A DNA stretch of 64,000 bases, taken from the NCBI GenBank assembly GCA_963825865.1, contig CAWGVG010000028.1, positions 1 through 64,000 of the forward strand, written 5' to 3'. A program made the position numbers and the translations under genes. Under the pieces are notes generated by a model. The model was not told the origin of the DNA and made no database searches. It saw only the letters and a list, made by a program, of their open reading frames with translations. This document shows positions 1 to 10,722 of the stretch, in pieces; within the stretch, counting starts at the first letter, position 1; every line of letters begins with the position of its first letter. The stretch is from an uncultured Nitrososphaeraceae archaeon (GTDB taxonomy: Archaea; Thermoproteota; Nitrososphaeria; Nitrososphaerales; Nitrososphaeraceae).

Positions 1-627
1 ACAAGTTTACTTGTTTTGTAAATTTAACAGCATTTACAAGTAGATTTGAAATCACTTGGTATATCTTTTTTTCATCGGCGTCTACGAAGATATCATTTGA
101 TTCTTTTGATTTGAAAATTATTTGTATATTATTATTATCGACGCTATTATTGCTACTATTTTTTTTATTTGGTTTGTAATATCATCTACTACATACTTTA
201 TCTTTTCATTTAAGTTGAATAGTTCTTTATTAAGTGTCAATCTATGACTATCAATTTTGGAAACATCAAGTATATCTTTTGCCAATCTCTCAAGTCTATT
301 TGCATTTCTAAGGATTGCCTCCAAAGCCTTCTTAGTTTGATCATCTTGTTTACCATCTTCAAAGGACAGCTGTAATAATTCAGAATACCCAATAATAGAT
401 TGTGTAGGTGATCTCAACTCGTGGGATGCTATGTTGATAAAATCTGTCATCGTCTCATCGTGTAATTTTATCTGTTCATTAGCTAAAGCAAGTTCTTGAT
501 TAACTACTCCAAGTTGTTTATTGGCAGATGTAAGTTCATTATTCACTTCAGCAAATCTTTTGTTAGTTTCTGCAAATCGTTTATGAAATAACAACGGCCT
601 TCTTGATAGGCGAGCGTAAGACATCAA
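1..627 (-). pseudogene. Sensor histidine kinase (HisKA + start of HATPase), frameshifted, runs off window start; N-terminus replaced by IS transposase start
   Basis: H-box FINIASHELRSP; after a frameshift near 110-170 the minus strand reads DIFVDADEKKIYQVISNLLVNAVKFTK (N-box). First 14 aa (MMSYARLSRRPLLF) resemble the transposase start at 7276. Confidence 0.8.
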
Positions 628-695
628 CTGAGTATGTAATATGAACGGATCAATGGAGAGTAAAGCTCTAAGCTTTCAATTACGCAAGAGGTCTA
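586..695 (-). mobile_element. Orphan left end of an IS5-family (ISL2-like) element
   Basis: 678-695 AATTACGCAAGAGGTCTA nearly matches the terminal IR of the IS at 6294-7347 and is followed by a homologous transposase N-terminus. Confidence 0.75.
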
Positions 696-944
696 ATGTA
701 TATATCTTTAATAAACAAAAACAAATGCAGCTATCGCAGGCAGCAGTAATATTACAAGCAGTAAGTAATATAATATGACAAAATGCTAATTAGTTGTTTT
801 CCTGCTTCTTTTTTCTTATTGTCAAGACTGGCTTAGTCTACATTCTTTGCTAACCCTTCACCTGACTAGACGTAGAGTGTATATAGAGCCTACCATGTTT
901 AATTATGTAAGTTAGTGGTCTTATATGGTATTTAATGCCATAAA

Positions 945-1634
945 ATGCCATCATTTATATACCTTAGAGGACCTATGGTACTCATGTCAACAACAAAAGA
1001 CCAAAGAAGAGAAAGACAAGACGAGACAACGACAGTAACACCATCAACATCAACAACAAGTACCACTACTACAACATCACAGGTGCAGCAAGAACAACAG
1101 CAATCTGTTAATAGAGCATTAGATGAAACCAAGAACAACATTAGAAGAGCAACAGATGAGGCAAGAAAAGACATTCCACGTTACACTCAAGTAGTTAGCG
1201 ATTACCAAGAACAAACAATTCAAGCAGCTAGAGAGATAGCAGATAACTACCTAGAATCACAAAAGGAGATTATAAATTCATTGCAGTCAGCATGGCTCCC
1301 CCAGATAGAGGCGGCAAACAGAGTATTTACATCAAACTGGATGGTATCTCCAAGACATTTGGCTGACAACTATGCAAGGATAGTTAGTAGCTTTGCAGAT
1401 AATACAGTAGTGCCAACTAGACTAGTGAACAACACTATATTTGCAAACCTAGAAGCATTCAAGACATCTGTTCAGAATGCAAGAGATAATGCAAAGGAGT
1501 TTTCTAGAATAGGCGTTAACAGCGCAAGAACGTTAGAGCAAACATCAAGAGATACAGCTAGAGTAGCTGGACATGATACTTCGTCTGCTAGGATTCATGT
1601 AGAAAGAGAAGAGCAACAACAAAGACGCTTTTAG
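945..1634 (+). CDS. Helical Gln/Thr-rich protein of a Nitrososphaeraceae multi-copy family (phasin/LEA-like)
   Basis: 229-aa ORF with a Thr/Gln-rich N-terminus and amphipathic helical repeats; function inferred. Confidence 0.6.
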   Translation: MPSFIYLRGPMVLMSTTKDQRRERQDETTTVTPSTSTTSTTTTTSQVQQEQQQSVNRALDETKNNIRRATDEARKDIPRYTQVVSDYQEQTIQAAREIADNYLESQKEIINSLQSAWLPQIEAANRVFTSNWMVSPRHLADNYARIVSSFADNTVVPTRLVNNTIFANLEAFKTSVQNARDNAKEFSRIGVNSARTLEQTSRDTARVAGHDTSSARIHVEREEQQQRRF

Positions 1635-1826
1635 AAGGCGCTGAAAGCTTCTTTTATCTTTATCGTTTTTTATTATAAGAAAAATTCCAACTTGTAAATA
1701 TTTTTGTAAAGCATAAAGGACAAGGTTTGTAGAGATGGTCATAATCTTAGTTCTGGAATATAGGAGTTTTGTTTACCATGCTATAGTGATTTGTGAATTA
1801 CTGCTACTAAAAGGAGAATATTTAGT

Positions 1827-2282
1827 GTGACTAATGTCAACAAATATGCATTACCTGTACCAAAAGCCTTATTGGAACATATAGACAGAACTTCCTCTCC
1901 TGCTCATATTGGTAATCTTAGAAATGCAATTGATTTAATAGTTCCCAAAAATACACCTGTTCTTGCCGCTGGAGACGGCTTAGTGACTTGTGTTGAAGAT
2001 GAATCTAATATTGGAGGACCTGATCCGGTCTATATGATACATACTAACTTTATTACGATTAAGCATTCAAATGGAGAATACTCTAGATATGATCACTTGG
2101 AATATCGTAGTTCAAAAGTAACATTAGGCCAACAAGTACGTGCATGTCAAGAGATAGCAAAAGTTGGCATGACAGGCTATACATATATTCCACATCTGCA
2201 TTTTCAAGTATTTGTACTTACAGGAACTAATGTTTGGACAGATTTTGATACTATAGAAATTGTAGATTTTGTTATTTGTTAA
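1827..2282 (+). CDS. M23-family metallopeptidase
   Basis: H...AIDL motif, TPVLAAGDG, YSRYDHL and GMTGYTYIPHLHF (HxH). Confidence 0.9.
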   Translation: MTNVNKYALPVPKALLEHIDRTSSPAHIGNLRNAIDLIVPKNTPVLAAGDGLVTCVEDESNIGGPDPVYMIHTNFITIKHSNGEYSRYDHLEYRSSKVTLGQQVRACQEIAKVGMTGYTYIPHLHFQVFVLTGTNVWTDFDTIEIVDFVIC

Positions 2283-2723
2283 TTGAGTGTTATCTGCATA
2301 ATCTTTATAGACTTATTATAATATGTACATATAGATTATTTTAAATTGTTATCTCTTACCTCGGCTTATGACAACCCTGTAGGTCATGTTATTCATTTGA
2401 ACATATCGTTTCTTCCATTGATTTTTTTGGTTTTATTGCTTAATGAATCCCATTGTTGCAAGTATACTGAGTTTGCTAAAAGTTGGAACTTAACCATAAT
2501 TGAATCAAGGTCAGTGCCAAAATATTGAGAAAGAGATTCTATCTGGCGCTGTTTTTGTTGTTGTTTAAATAGCTTACCGTCAGCCTTATTGACCATCAGC
2601 TTGTCCCTATAATCATAGTTGCAATAGAGAACGCTTTACATTCATAAAGAAAATAACTGACAATTGTCGTTTCATCCATTCAATCGTCTTTTTCTATTAG
2701 TTATTATTGTCGCCTTTGTTTTG

Positions 2724-2984
2724 TTATACTTTCGCAAGTTTTTTAGATAATTTGTATCCGAATCCCATAACAAGAAAAAGTGTGACCAAGCTTGTCGTAA
2801 ATGTCAAGATCAAGTTCGCTTTAAGTATATACTGCATTAGAAGCGTTACCACTATAGCTGGAATAGAAATTACGAGCGCTAATAGAGTTGCCACTGTAAA
2901 TACCCTAGTTGTAGTAATTTTCTTTGACTTATCGGATGAGGCATCGTCACCACTTCTCCACATCAGTTTACTATTACTATTCAA
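2724..2984 (-). CDS. Small 2-TM membrane protein
   Basis: Two hydrophobic helices and a basic C-terminus. Confidence 0.7.
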   Translation of the reverse strand: MNSNSKLMWRSGDDASSDKSKKITTTRVFTVATLLALVISIPAIVVTLLMQYILKANLILTFTTSLVTLFLVMGFGYKLSKKLAKV

Positions 2985-3097
2985 ATCTAGAATTTAATAT
3001 AAGTATTATCATACCATTAGTAAGGCGATATTTTTAAAACTAAGATAATCAAAAGTATAAGAAATACTAATTATTATTATATCTGTATTTTATTTAT

Positions 3098-3559
3098 TTA
3101 TTGCCATCCAATCTGATGTTTATAGTAGTTTATTAGCCTAGCATACCTTATACGATCGCCAATTGTTCTCGCCCTCTCCATCTTGAGCATATGAGATCTA
3201 AGCTGACTCAAATCACACATACATATACCAGCTATGGGCCGGTATTTGAGCCTAGAGATTTCATGCTTTTTGTGGTCCACGTAGAATATCGATAATTTTG
3301 TAAGACTTGTTGTGGCTAATATACCTCCTATAATCCAGTATAGAGTTGAACCGGAAGCAACCGCTACATAAGGATTGGTTTGCACAACAAATTGCATGAT
3401 CACCATGGGAATGAATATAGAAATAACAACCCCTACAGGGGTAGCGAACATCGATATGCTTGACAACCTGTCGTAAGGTTCAACTTCACGTTCAAATTGA
3501 TCCAGGAGTCCTTCCAGTTTCTTATCCAGTTTGCTCTCTTCCTTGACTAGGGATTCCAT
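3098..3559 (-). CDS. Conserved-looking 2-TM membrane protein with CxC motif
   Basis: 153-aa ORF, two TM segments, GICMCD. Confidence 0.7.
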   Translation of the reverse strand: MESLVKEESKLDKKLEGLLDQFEREVEPYDRLSSISMFATPVGVVISIFIPMVIMQFVVQTNPYVAVASGSTLYWIIGGILATTSLTKLSIFYVDHKKHEISRLKYRPIAGICMCDLSQLRSHMLKMERARTIGDRIRYARLINYYKHQIGWQ

Positions 3560-3868
3560 TCTTAGTACAATTGTTGTTAGCCTGATTAATTAAGATTATC
3601 TAAGGTTATTCTTTTTATATAATTTTTACAGCATTTTTTTTAATTAATTCATTTTTTTAGTTTATAAGGAAATTATAGTATGTGAAACTATTCGCTTTAT
3701 AGTTACTAAAAATATAAACCTTATTAATTATGAGTTAAAAACTGATAAAATTGAAAAAATTTATTATATTTTCTTTATGACACAATTTTATATATTTATG
3801 ATAATATGTGAAATAACAATTTTTTATGTCAATATTTATATTTCTAATACTTTCACTTAAAATCGCTT

Positions 3869-4135
3869 ATGAACCGGACCTCAAAGGGAACTAAACTCGT
3901 ATTTGCAAGCCAAAGAACAGACAATATTACGCCTGACATACTAGTAAAATCTTTTTGGGTTAGTACTGCTCTTGCATTAATTTTCACGCTTCCGGCACTT
4001 GGAATATTTATTGCTATCTTTCAAAGCAGCGGTAATATGTTGATAGGGTCTATTATTGGGTTTTGCATTCACTTTATAATTCTTTCAAAGTCTGAAAAGA
4101 TCTCTTCAGCTCTGACATCATTATTTGACGATTAG
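3869..4135 (+). CDS. Small 2-TM membrane protein, probable paralog of 2724-2984
   Basis: Similar pattern (ALALIFTLPAL vs TLLALVISIPAI). Confidence 0.7.
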   Translation: MNRTSKGTKLVFASQRTDNITPDILVKSFWVSTALALIFTLPALGIFIAIFQSSGNMLIGSIIGFCIHFIILSKSEKISSALTSLFDD

Positions 4136-4283
4136 ACAATTCTTCAGATTTTGTTCTGGTCGCTATTTTTGCTCATAATCAAGTTCTAACCTTTACTTTT
4201 AATTTTTTTCTTATTTCTATTGAGAAAAATTCTAAATATCATATTGAATAAATATATGGATCGAAGACAAATGTGATTGTAAT

Positions 4284-5337
4284 ATGAGCAAGATCAGTAT
4301 GCCAAGTAAAATTTTCGGTACCGTGCTTTCCCATGGTTTGAGAGGTAGGATGCTTACAAAGAGCGAGCTTCAAACACTTGCAGAATCTCGGGATATGGAA
4401 GAACTGGTTACTAGAATGAAGAATACCGTATACCTTGACGTATTTGCAAAAGTTTCCAAGCCATATACAGCTGAAAAAATAGAGGGATTACTCGGAGAAT
4501 ATATAGTAAATGCACATGCAAAGATGGTGCATATCACAGGAGGAGCAGGAATCCTGAATGCCTATTTTATAAAATATATCACCTGGAATCTAAAGATAGT
4601 ATTGAAAGGCAAGGCATTAGGAAAATCTTATGAAGAATTGCTTCCAAAGGTAAATCTTAGGGCTGAAGAGCTTGTTGCTAGGCGAGACATATTAGTCAAG
4701 GCTTTAGTGGCCAAAAATTTAGAGGAAGCGATTGCCGCAATTTCTGGGAGCGAATTTGGCGAAGATGCTGCGAAGGCAGGCAGCAATATATAAGGAAAAA
4801 GGTGACCTAAGAATATTTGATACCTACCTTGATCATGCGTTTTATCATGATTTGGGCAGGGCAATGACGGCCGAATCGCAATCGCCAGATGTGAAAAAGG
4901 TTGCCTCGACTGATATTGATTCTTATAATGTGCTTGCAGTTCTCAGAGGTAAGTTCTGGGGCCTGAGTACAACTGATATCAACGATCTCATAGTAACTAC
5001 TACGCCAAAAGTTACAAGAGATACTCTGCAAAAGATGGTTAATACGGAAAAGATCTCGGAAGCCATAGCAGAGTTATCTAACTCTGTCTATGAAGCGATC
5101 ATCCCACAGACATCTGCTAACGACATAGATGCTATAAGGCAATTAGAAGCCGGCTTTGAAGCTATTGAATTAAAGAGGGTGCTTGGTTCGTTTAGAACAA
5201 TGTTCAGCGTAGGAATCATGCTTGCCGCCTTGAAGTTGATGATGATCGAAGTCAGAAACTTGTCTGCTATTGCCTCTGGAATAGAACAAAAGGTTCCAAC
5301 CGAAACGATCGTATCTAGGTTAATTCGACCAGAATAA
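4284..5337 (+). CDS. atpC: A-type ATP synthase subunit C (one frameshift near 4780)
   Basis: Two overlapping ORFs give a continuous V0D/AC39-type protein (RGRMLTKSELQTLAES; YDIDSYNVLAVLRGK-type motif). Confidence 0.9.
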
Positions 5338-5437
5338 TACTAATAAAAAAGGATGCAACCTAGTCCTCACTTTGCCTCTAAGTTTGTAGTAGATAAGCAA
5401 GGATATTCATCAATCAGTCTTATTTAGAACCTGCTAC

Positions 5438-5460
5438 AATCATACTGCATTGTTACAAGT
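5438..5460 (+). repeat. Putative attL, AATCATACTGCATTGTTACAAGT
   Basis: Direct repeat of 20576-20598. Confidence 0.8.
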
Positions 5461-5696
5461 TTAAACTATCATAAATGTATCTATAGGATTATTATATCAA
5501 CCTTTTTGATGCTTTTACCTCAAACATGTGTATATGTATATATATATGAAAGGTGAAACTGGCTTTTGACGTAGATATGGATAGATACACAAAATGTCAC
5601 AGACCATAACGGACGAACCTACGCCATTAGCCAGTTAGTCAGTCAGTCAGTCACTCACTTATGAAACTATTAATCTAATATGTTTTTTGATTACGT

Positions 5697-5873
5697 TGAT
5701 TTGATAATAAGACCGTAGTAGTTCATGACAGAGATAACAACCAACAAACAATACTGTTAAACACCAATACACAAACAGGCACTTGTTTTGTATCTTCACA
5801 GGAAGTGGTAAATGTGCCAGACTTAGTTACACAATTGCTAAACCAATGCACTTCTGTAACTATAACGCCTTAA
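5697..5873 (+). pseudogene. Gene remnant (FDNKTVVVHDRD...QCTSVTITP)
   Basis: Open protein-like frame without a clear start. Confidence 0.3.
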
Positions 5874-6293
5874 CTAATCTTTTCTTTTTTTTTGCTAGAA
5901 TAGATAAACAAAACCATGACGTTCTCTTGATTGGTAAACTTGTCTGTAAATTTGAGAAGTAAATCAACCAAACATACCGAACAAAATAAAATAAAACAAC
6001 TTTTATTAATTTCTCTCCTCTCTAACTACTAAATCGATAAACTATTGAAGATATCAAATCAATTATAGTTACTCATTTACCAATTATTGGTAATACTCAA
6101 TAGTGACTAGATTATAAAGAAATGTAAGGCCTCGCTCTGGTCTTTGGGCTTGAATGTGATTATGCAGCGCTTCTTTGCTTAGGTAGGATTTATTCGTCAT
6201 CGTATTATATACTCTCTACAGAATAATCAGATATAAAAAATAGAAGGGAAGGTTGTTGTTGTTGTTTTTTGCTGCTGTATGGTTATCCTACAT

Positions 6294-7347
6294 TAGATCT
6301 CTTGCGTAATTAGGCAGGACTATAGTCTAACACCCTACTTGTTTTAGCCGTCTTCTTAGATTGAAATGCTGTCAGACTGTATAACTCTGAAGTTCAGGAG
6401 ACCGGATATTATATCAGATACGTTATTGTACTTCCTTAATCTGTTTCTAAATTTAGTACCCATTATTCCAAACTTTTTGATTCTTACATATGGTATGTTC
6501 TACTATGATCCTTAGCCTAGAATGATTCTTGTTGTAAGTTCTTTCATCACATGAAAGCAATGTACCCTTTTTCTTTTTGATACGAAGTAGACACTTTACA
6601 GTGGGAAAGTCCTTTTCAATGCCAAGATAACCAGAATCAACTATGTTTTCAACTTGTGATGGAGTTATAGAATGATTGTGTTTGTAAATGTCATAATCAT
6701 GTATTCTTCCACTTCTGTGACCTGTCTTATGCAGTATCAATCCTTCATGGTTTACCATCAATTGTGTCTTGACAGTATGTTTCTTCTTTCTACCTGAATA
6801 GTAACTCTTCCTTCTTCTTTTGTTCTTAGGTCTTGGAATTTCTTGTTCTGTAGAGTCTATGAAAGCCTTGAATCCAGGAAAGTACTCTTCTACTTCATCT
6901 ATAGTTCTTAATCTCCTAGTACGTTTTGTATATCTTCTTTGGCAATGGAATACACTCCTTGATAAGTGGTTCCATCATTGATATATCTCTACAAACATTG
7001 CTTTGAATCAAGGTCAAACAGAAATCCTGATAATGTATATGTAATGTATAATCTGTAGTATACTAGAAGCATAACGAATCTTTCTTTAACTTTAAGCTTA
7101 AATGGTCTACCAGCACCTATATCCCGTATTCTCGTCCTTGATAGAAGACGTCTTCTTTCGTGCTCTTCGTAGTTATGTTCAATTTCGTTACAAATGGATT
7201 CAAATTCAGATACAGTTACTCCGGTAAATGACCTGAATATCAAAGGTTTCTTACATAATTTGCTATAGGACATCAAAGAGCTTGTCAGATAGATATCCTA
7301 TGTGAAGAGGAATATAGCTCTAAGCTTCTAATTACACAAGAGATCTA
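6294..7347 (-). mobile_element. IS5-family (ISL2-like, HTH_Tnp_4/DDE_Tnp_4) insertion sequence; transposase frameshifted
   Basis: 19-bp terminal IRs TAGATCTCTTGCGTAATTA / TAATTACACAAGAGATCTA; ORF pieces with GAGRPFKL, YSGRKKKHTVKTQ, DSGYLG and RIIVEH motifs. Confidence 0.9.
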
Positions 7348-7356
7348 TTATTATTC

Positions 7357-7921
7357 TTAAGGTGTTTTAAACACTATTCCAGCGTCTAGCAGACATTGAA
7401 TTATCTGAACTGCTACCGAATGAGAACCCGATATACTTTCGAAAAAGTCTTGAATGTCGGCTTGTGTCCCTGTGTGTAATATATCACATACTTGCCCCAG
7501 AGTTTGCTGGCCTGCCATGCTGATTAGTGTGGTTATTTGATCCTCGTTAAGGAACTTTCTGATACATTGTTCGCAATTTAGTGTTACTGGTGGTGGTGTT
7601 GTTGTTGTTGATGTAGGTGTTACAACTCCCTCTTGTGAACAAGTTGCATTGTTACCTGGATGGGTGCATATCACGTTTTGACATTCTTGTGCTAAAGAGT
7701 TATCAAATCCACTTTCTGTCCCGCCTTGTTTGCATGTCTGTAAGGTAACTGTGTTACCATCTTTACTACTGTCTTGTAATCCTCCTCTCTTTTTTTGTTG
7801 ATAAGCAAGTGCTGTCGATTGTGTTGTTGCCGTTGCTGCGAATTGTTCCTACTACTAATGTTGCTGCCATTAAGATAGCAACTAATGATAGGTTTCCTTT
7901 TGTTGTCGTTGTGTTGTTCAT
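7357..7921 (-). CDS. Secreted Cys-rich protein (signal peptide; frameshift near 7840)
   Basis: MNNTTTTKGNLSLVAILMAATLVVG signal-like start joined to the Cys-rich 7357-7674 ORF. Confidence 0.6.
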
Positions 7922-8275
7922 TACTATGCTCTATATGATATCATCTCTATATCTGACTTGAGGAAGTTAATGCTGATTTATCTAATATGATATGATACTT
8001 ACTTATTTCGCATAACTATCGACGATATCAAATGAATCAAGATTGCTCATTTACTTGTTAATAGTAACATTCAGCTATAACTAATTATAGATAAAAGCTC
8101 TAATCATTACAACGTTTGGACTATCATCGTGGGTCATACTTGCATCTATACTCATTAAGAAATGTTAACTAGATAATAACATTAACTAAATATTAACTGT
8201 ATTTATAAATAACTTTTTTTACCAACTAAACAAATGTGTTCAATATTTACGCTTTTATGAACACAAATTGATTTA

Positions 8276-8836
8276 TTATTTGTTATTGTTAAATTTATCT
8301 ATGCGGTATACTCCATTGCTGCCTAATGTAGATGGAGGTATTTCTTTTGCTACTGATGTTGATCCTCTACTACTATCTCCCTCAGTTTCATTATCATTAT
8401 CAATACCAGTAAATGAGTCTGATGGCAATCTTCCTAAGACTGGCAGCATTTCAAACATTTGTGCTAAACTATTACTAAGTTTATGAAGTTCGGCAATTGA
8501 TCTAATGGCTACATCAGGTTTATCCGCTTCGTTATCGGTTATAATTTGCCATAATTTGCGCTCCATATTCTTTACTTCGTCTACTCTTTCGAAAAATAGA
8601 TGATTCATGTATGCAAACCTGTTCTTACGTAAATGGTCTAACTCTCTTCTAGAGTCTTGGCGTAACTCCATTTTTATATGTCTAAAATAGTCTGATCCTA
8701 TCTCTATGTCGTATTTGCTCTTTACTTTGGAATTAATGTAACCTAGTGATTCCTCAGTTGTCAATCGTTGCAGAATGCAATCGAGCACTAACCGTTTGAA
8801 AACTTCCTTTTGATCGTTATTGAATTTCTTTGCCAA
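8276..8836 (-). CDS. Hypothetical helical DNA-binding protein, possibly terminase small subunit-like
   Basis: N-terminal HTH-like region and two helices (ERVDEVKNMERKLWQI...AIRSIAELHKL); family inferred. Confidence 0.5.
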   Translation of the reverse strand: MAKKFNNDQKEVFKRLVLDCILQRLTTEESLGYINSKVKSKYDIEIGSDYFRHIKMELRQDSRRELDHLRKNRFAYMNHLFFERVDEVKNMERKLWQIITDNEADKPDVAIRSIAELHKLSNSLAQMFEMLPVLGRLPSDSFTGIDNDNETEGDSSRGSTSVAKEIPPSTLGSNGVYRIDKFNNNK

Positions 8837-8863
8837 CTTACTTAGTTTTACTCACTTACTTAC

Positions 8864-9073
8864 TTATTCATTTATTCGTGTCGACAAAATACGTCGCATC
8901 ATTTTATTGTCTTTATACCTGCTAGTGTATCGGCTCTGCTTTCTCATGGTATTCCAACGTAGCAATCCGCCTCTATACCCGCCATACCACTCTTCTTGTG
9001 GCTGACTGTTGGTATTGTTTTTGGTATTATTGTTATTTGTATTTGTATTTGTATTTGTATTTGTATTTGACAT
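8864..9073 (-). CDS. Small basic hypothetical protein with Asn/Thr repeat
   Basis: 69-aa ORF co-oriented with its neighbours. Confidence 0.45.
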   Translation of the reverse strand: MSNTNTNTNTNTNNNNTKNNTNSQPQEEWYGGYRGGLLRWNTMRKQSRYTSRYKDNKMMRRILSTRINE

Positions 9074-9150
9074 TTCGTGTTAATTGATTAATTAATTGGT
9101 TAATAATTAATTGGTTAGTAATTAAACGCCTGCAACCTTTCGCATGAATG

Positions 9151-9726
9151 CTAGACTACGTATAACACTATCTGAAGCGGTTCTGCAAGAAGATCGTCTT
9201 TCATAGTTTGTAGTTTGTTTAACATGCTAAGCGCTTCACCTAATGTCTGCGGTGTTTGTAGATTGTTAATGTCTAATGATGATAATGCTGGTTGTTCTTC
9301 TCCTTCTCCTTCTCCTTCTCCTACTGGTCCTGCTGCTACTGGTTCTGTTCCTGTCGTTGGTGATGTTGATGTTGAAGATGTTGTTGATTCTGATGCTTTG
9401 TGTGGTCTTAACATTGCGAGCGGAGCGGCTTCTTCAGCTTCTTTGATACACTTATTCTTTGAATCCTGCTGTTGGTCCATTTTATTTAATGATTTAATAT
9501 TACTATTGACAAAGCTATTATCCTTTCTGTCACTAGAAGACATCGTTGCTGCTGTCCAGTTTTTGACCGCTTCGGTTAAAACACGTTGTAATTCATTATA
9601 TGATGCACTGTTAAAAACATCCTTATTATTATTAGATGAATTGTTATAATGTGGTGGATTATAATAGGCATCATCATCATCATCCTCATCCTCTTCTAAC
9701 TCGATAATATCCTCTACTACAGACAT
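9151..9726 (-). CDS. Acidic low-complexity hypothetical protein
   Basis: 191-aa ORF with ATG start and D/E, S/T and GE repeats. Confidence 0.6.
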   Translation of the reverse strand: MSVVEDIIELEEDEDDDDDAYYNPPHYNNSSNNNKDVFNSASYNELQRVLTEAVKNWTAATMSSSDRKDNSFVNSNIKSLNKMDQQQDSKNKCIKEAEEAAPLAMLRPHKASESTTSSTSTSPTTGTEPVAAGPVGEGEGEGEEQPALSSLDINNLQTPQTLGEALSMLNKLQTMKDDLLAEPLQIVLYVV

Positions 9727-9826
9727 AATATTTGATATTGATTATTTTCAGTATCAGACTTATAGGTTTTCAGCTTAACATTAAGGAAAAACATAAAAGT
9801 TAATCCACACCTAAAAAAACTATATT

Positions 9827-10169
9827 ATGACATTAACTAAAGCAGTTTTAACAGTAACACCTGGTTTAAGCGTCAGTGGTGGAACTCAGATAACATTAGA
9901 CGGCTCAAGTAGCACAGGCTGCAGATAATACAACTTTGACAGGTCGAGATGCTCATCTATTTGAACAAATAGCAGGTCCAATTGTTGCATTAAAAGCAAC
10001 TCCTACACATGAAGGTTCGTCTCTAACTGACAGCGTTCAATTCAACGCACCAATAAATCAGCCTAATTCTAAACTTTCCTTTAAATTAACTGTAAAAGAT
10101 TCTGGCGGCACGAACACTAACCGAAGTACCCACACTTCTGATATCGTAAGTATTTCAGTTACGTCGTAA
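9827..10169 (+). CDS. PKD/Ig-like single-domain protein (frameshift near 9920)
   Basis: TQITLDGSSS...QIAGPIVAL...FNAP...LSFKLTVKDSGG PKD-like pattern. Confidence 0.6.
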
Positions 10170-10291
10170 CTAACCTACTAACTAATAGCTAATAGCCAAC
10201 TAATAGCTAATTAGATCCATTTACAACTTTTCGTATAAATTCGAGGTTACGTCTTACAACTTCTTTATTATCGACAATGTTAGAACTATTG

Positions 10292-10609
10292 TTAGGCTCT
10301 ATTGGGGGTTTCTGTTGTAACTGCTGTTGTTGATGATATCTTCTTAATTGCTCGCTGATGCTGTCGTTCCTTATCCTTCTGCTCTCGTTGAAATGATAAT
10401 TGCTGTGCCCTTTGAAGTCTTTGATCGGCCTCTCTCTTCATTTGATTCCACTGCTCAAACATCATCCTAGCCTCGCTACTCGGTAGATTGAACTTCATAT
10501 TAGCAAGTTTAGCATCTACAATAAATTCATCTTGTTTGGCTCTGACTTGATCAGTAAATTCCTTAGGTGCAGTAACTTTTATAGAATCACCGTTTCTATA
10601 GGTTGGCAT
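10292..10609 (-). CDS. Hypothetical coiled-coil protein
   Basis: 105-aa ORF with ATG start right after the microsatellite. Confidence 0.6.
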   Translation of the reverse strand: MPTYRNGDSIKVTAPKEFTDQVRAKQDEFIVDAKLANMKFNLPSSEARMMFEQWNQMKREADQRLQRAQQLSFQREQKDKERQHQRAIKKISSTTAVTTETPNRA

Positions 10610-10612
10610 TTC

Positions 10613-10714
<102 letters not shown>

Positions 10715-10722
10715 TTTAATAT

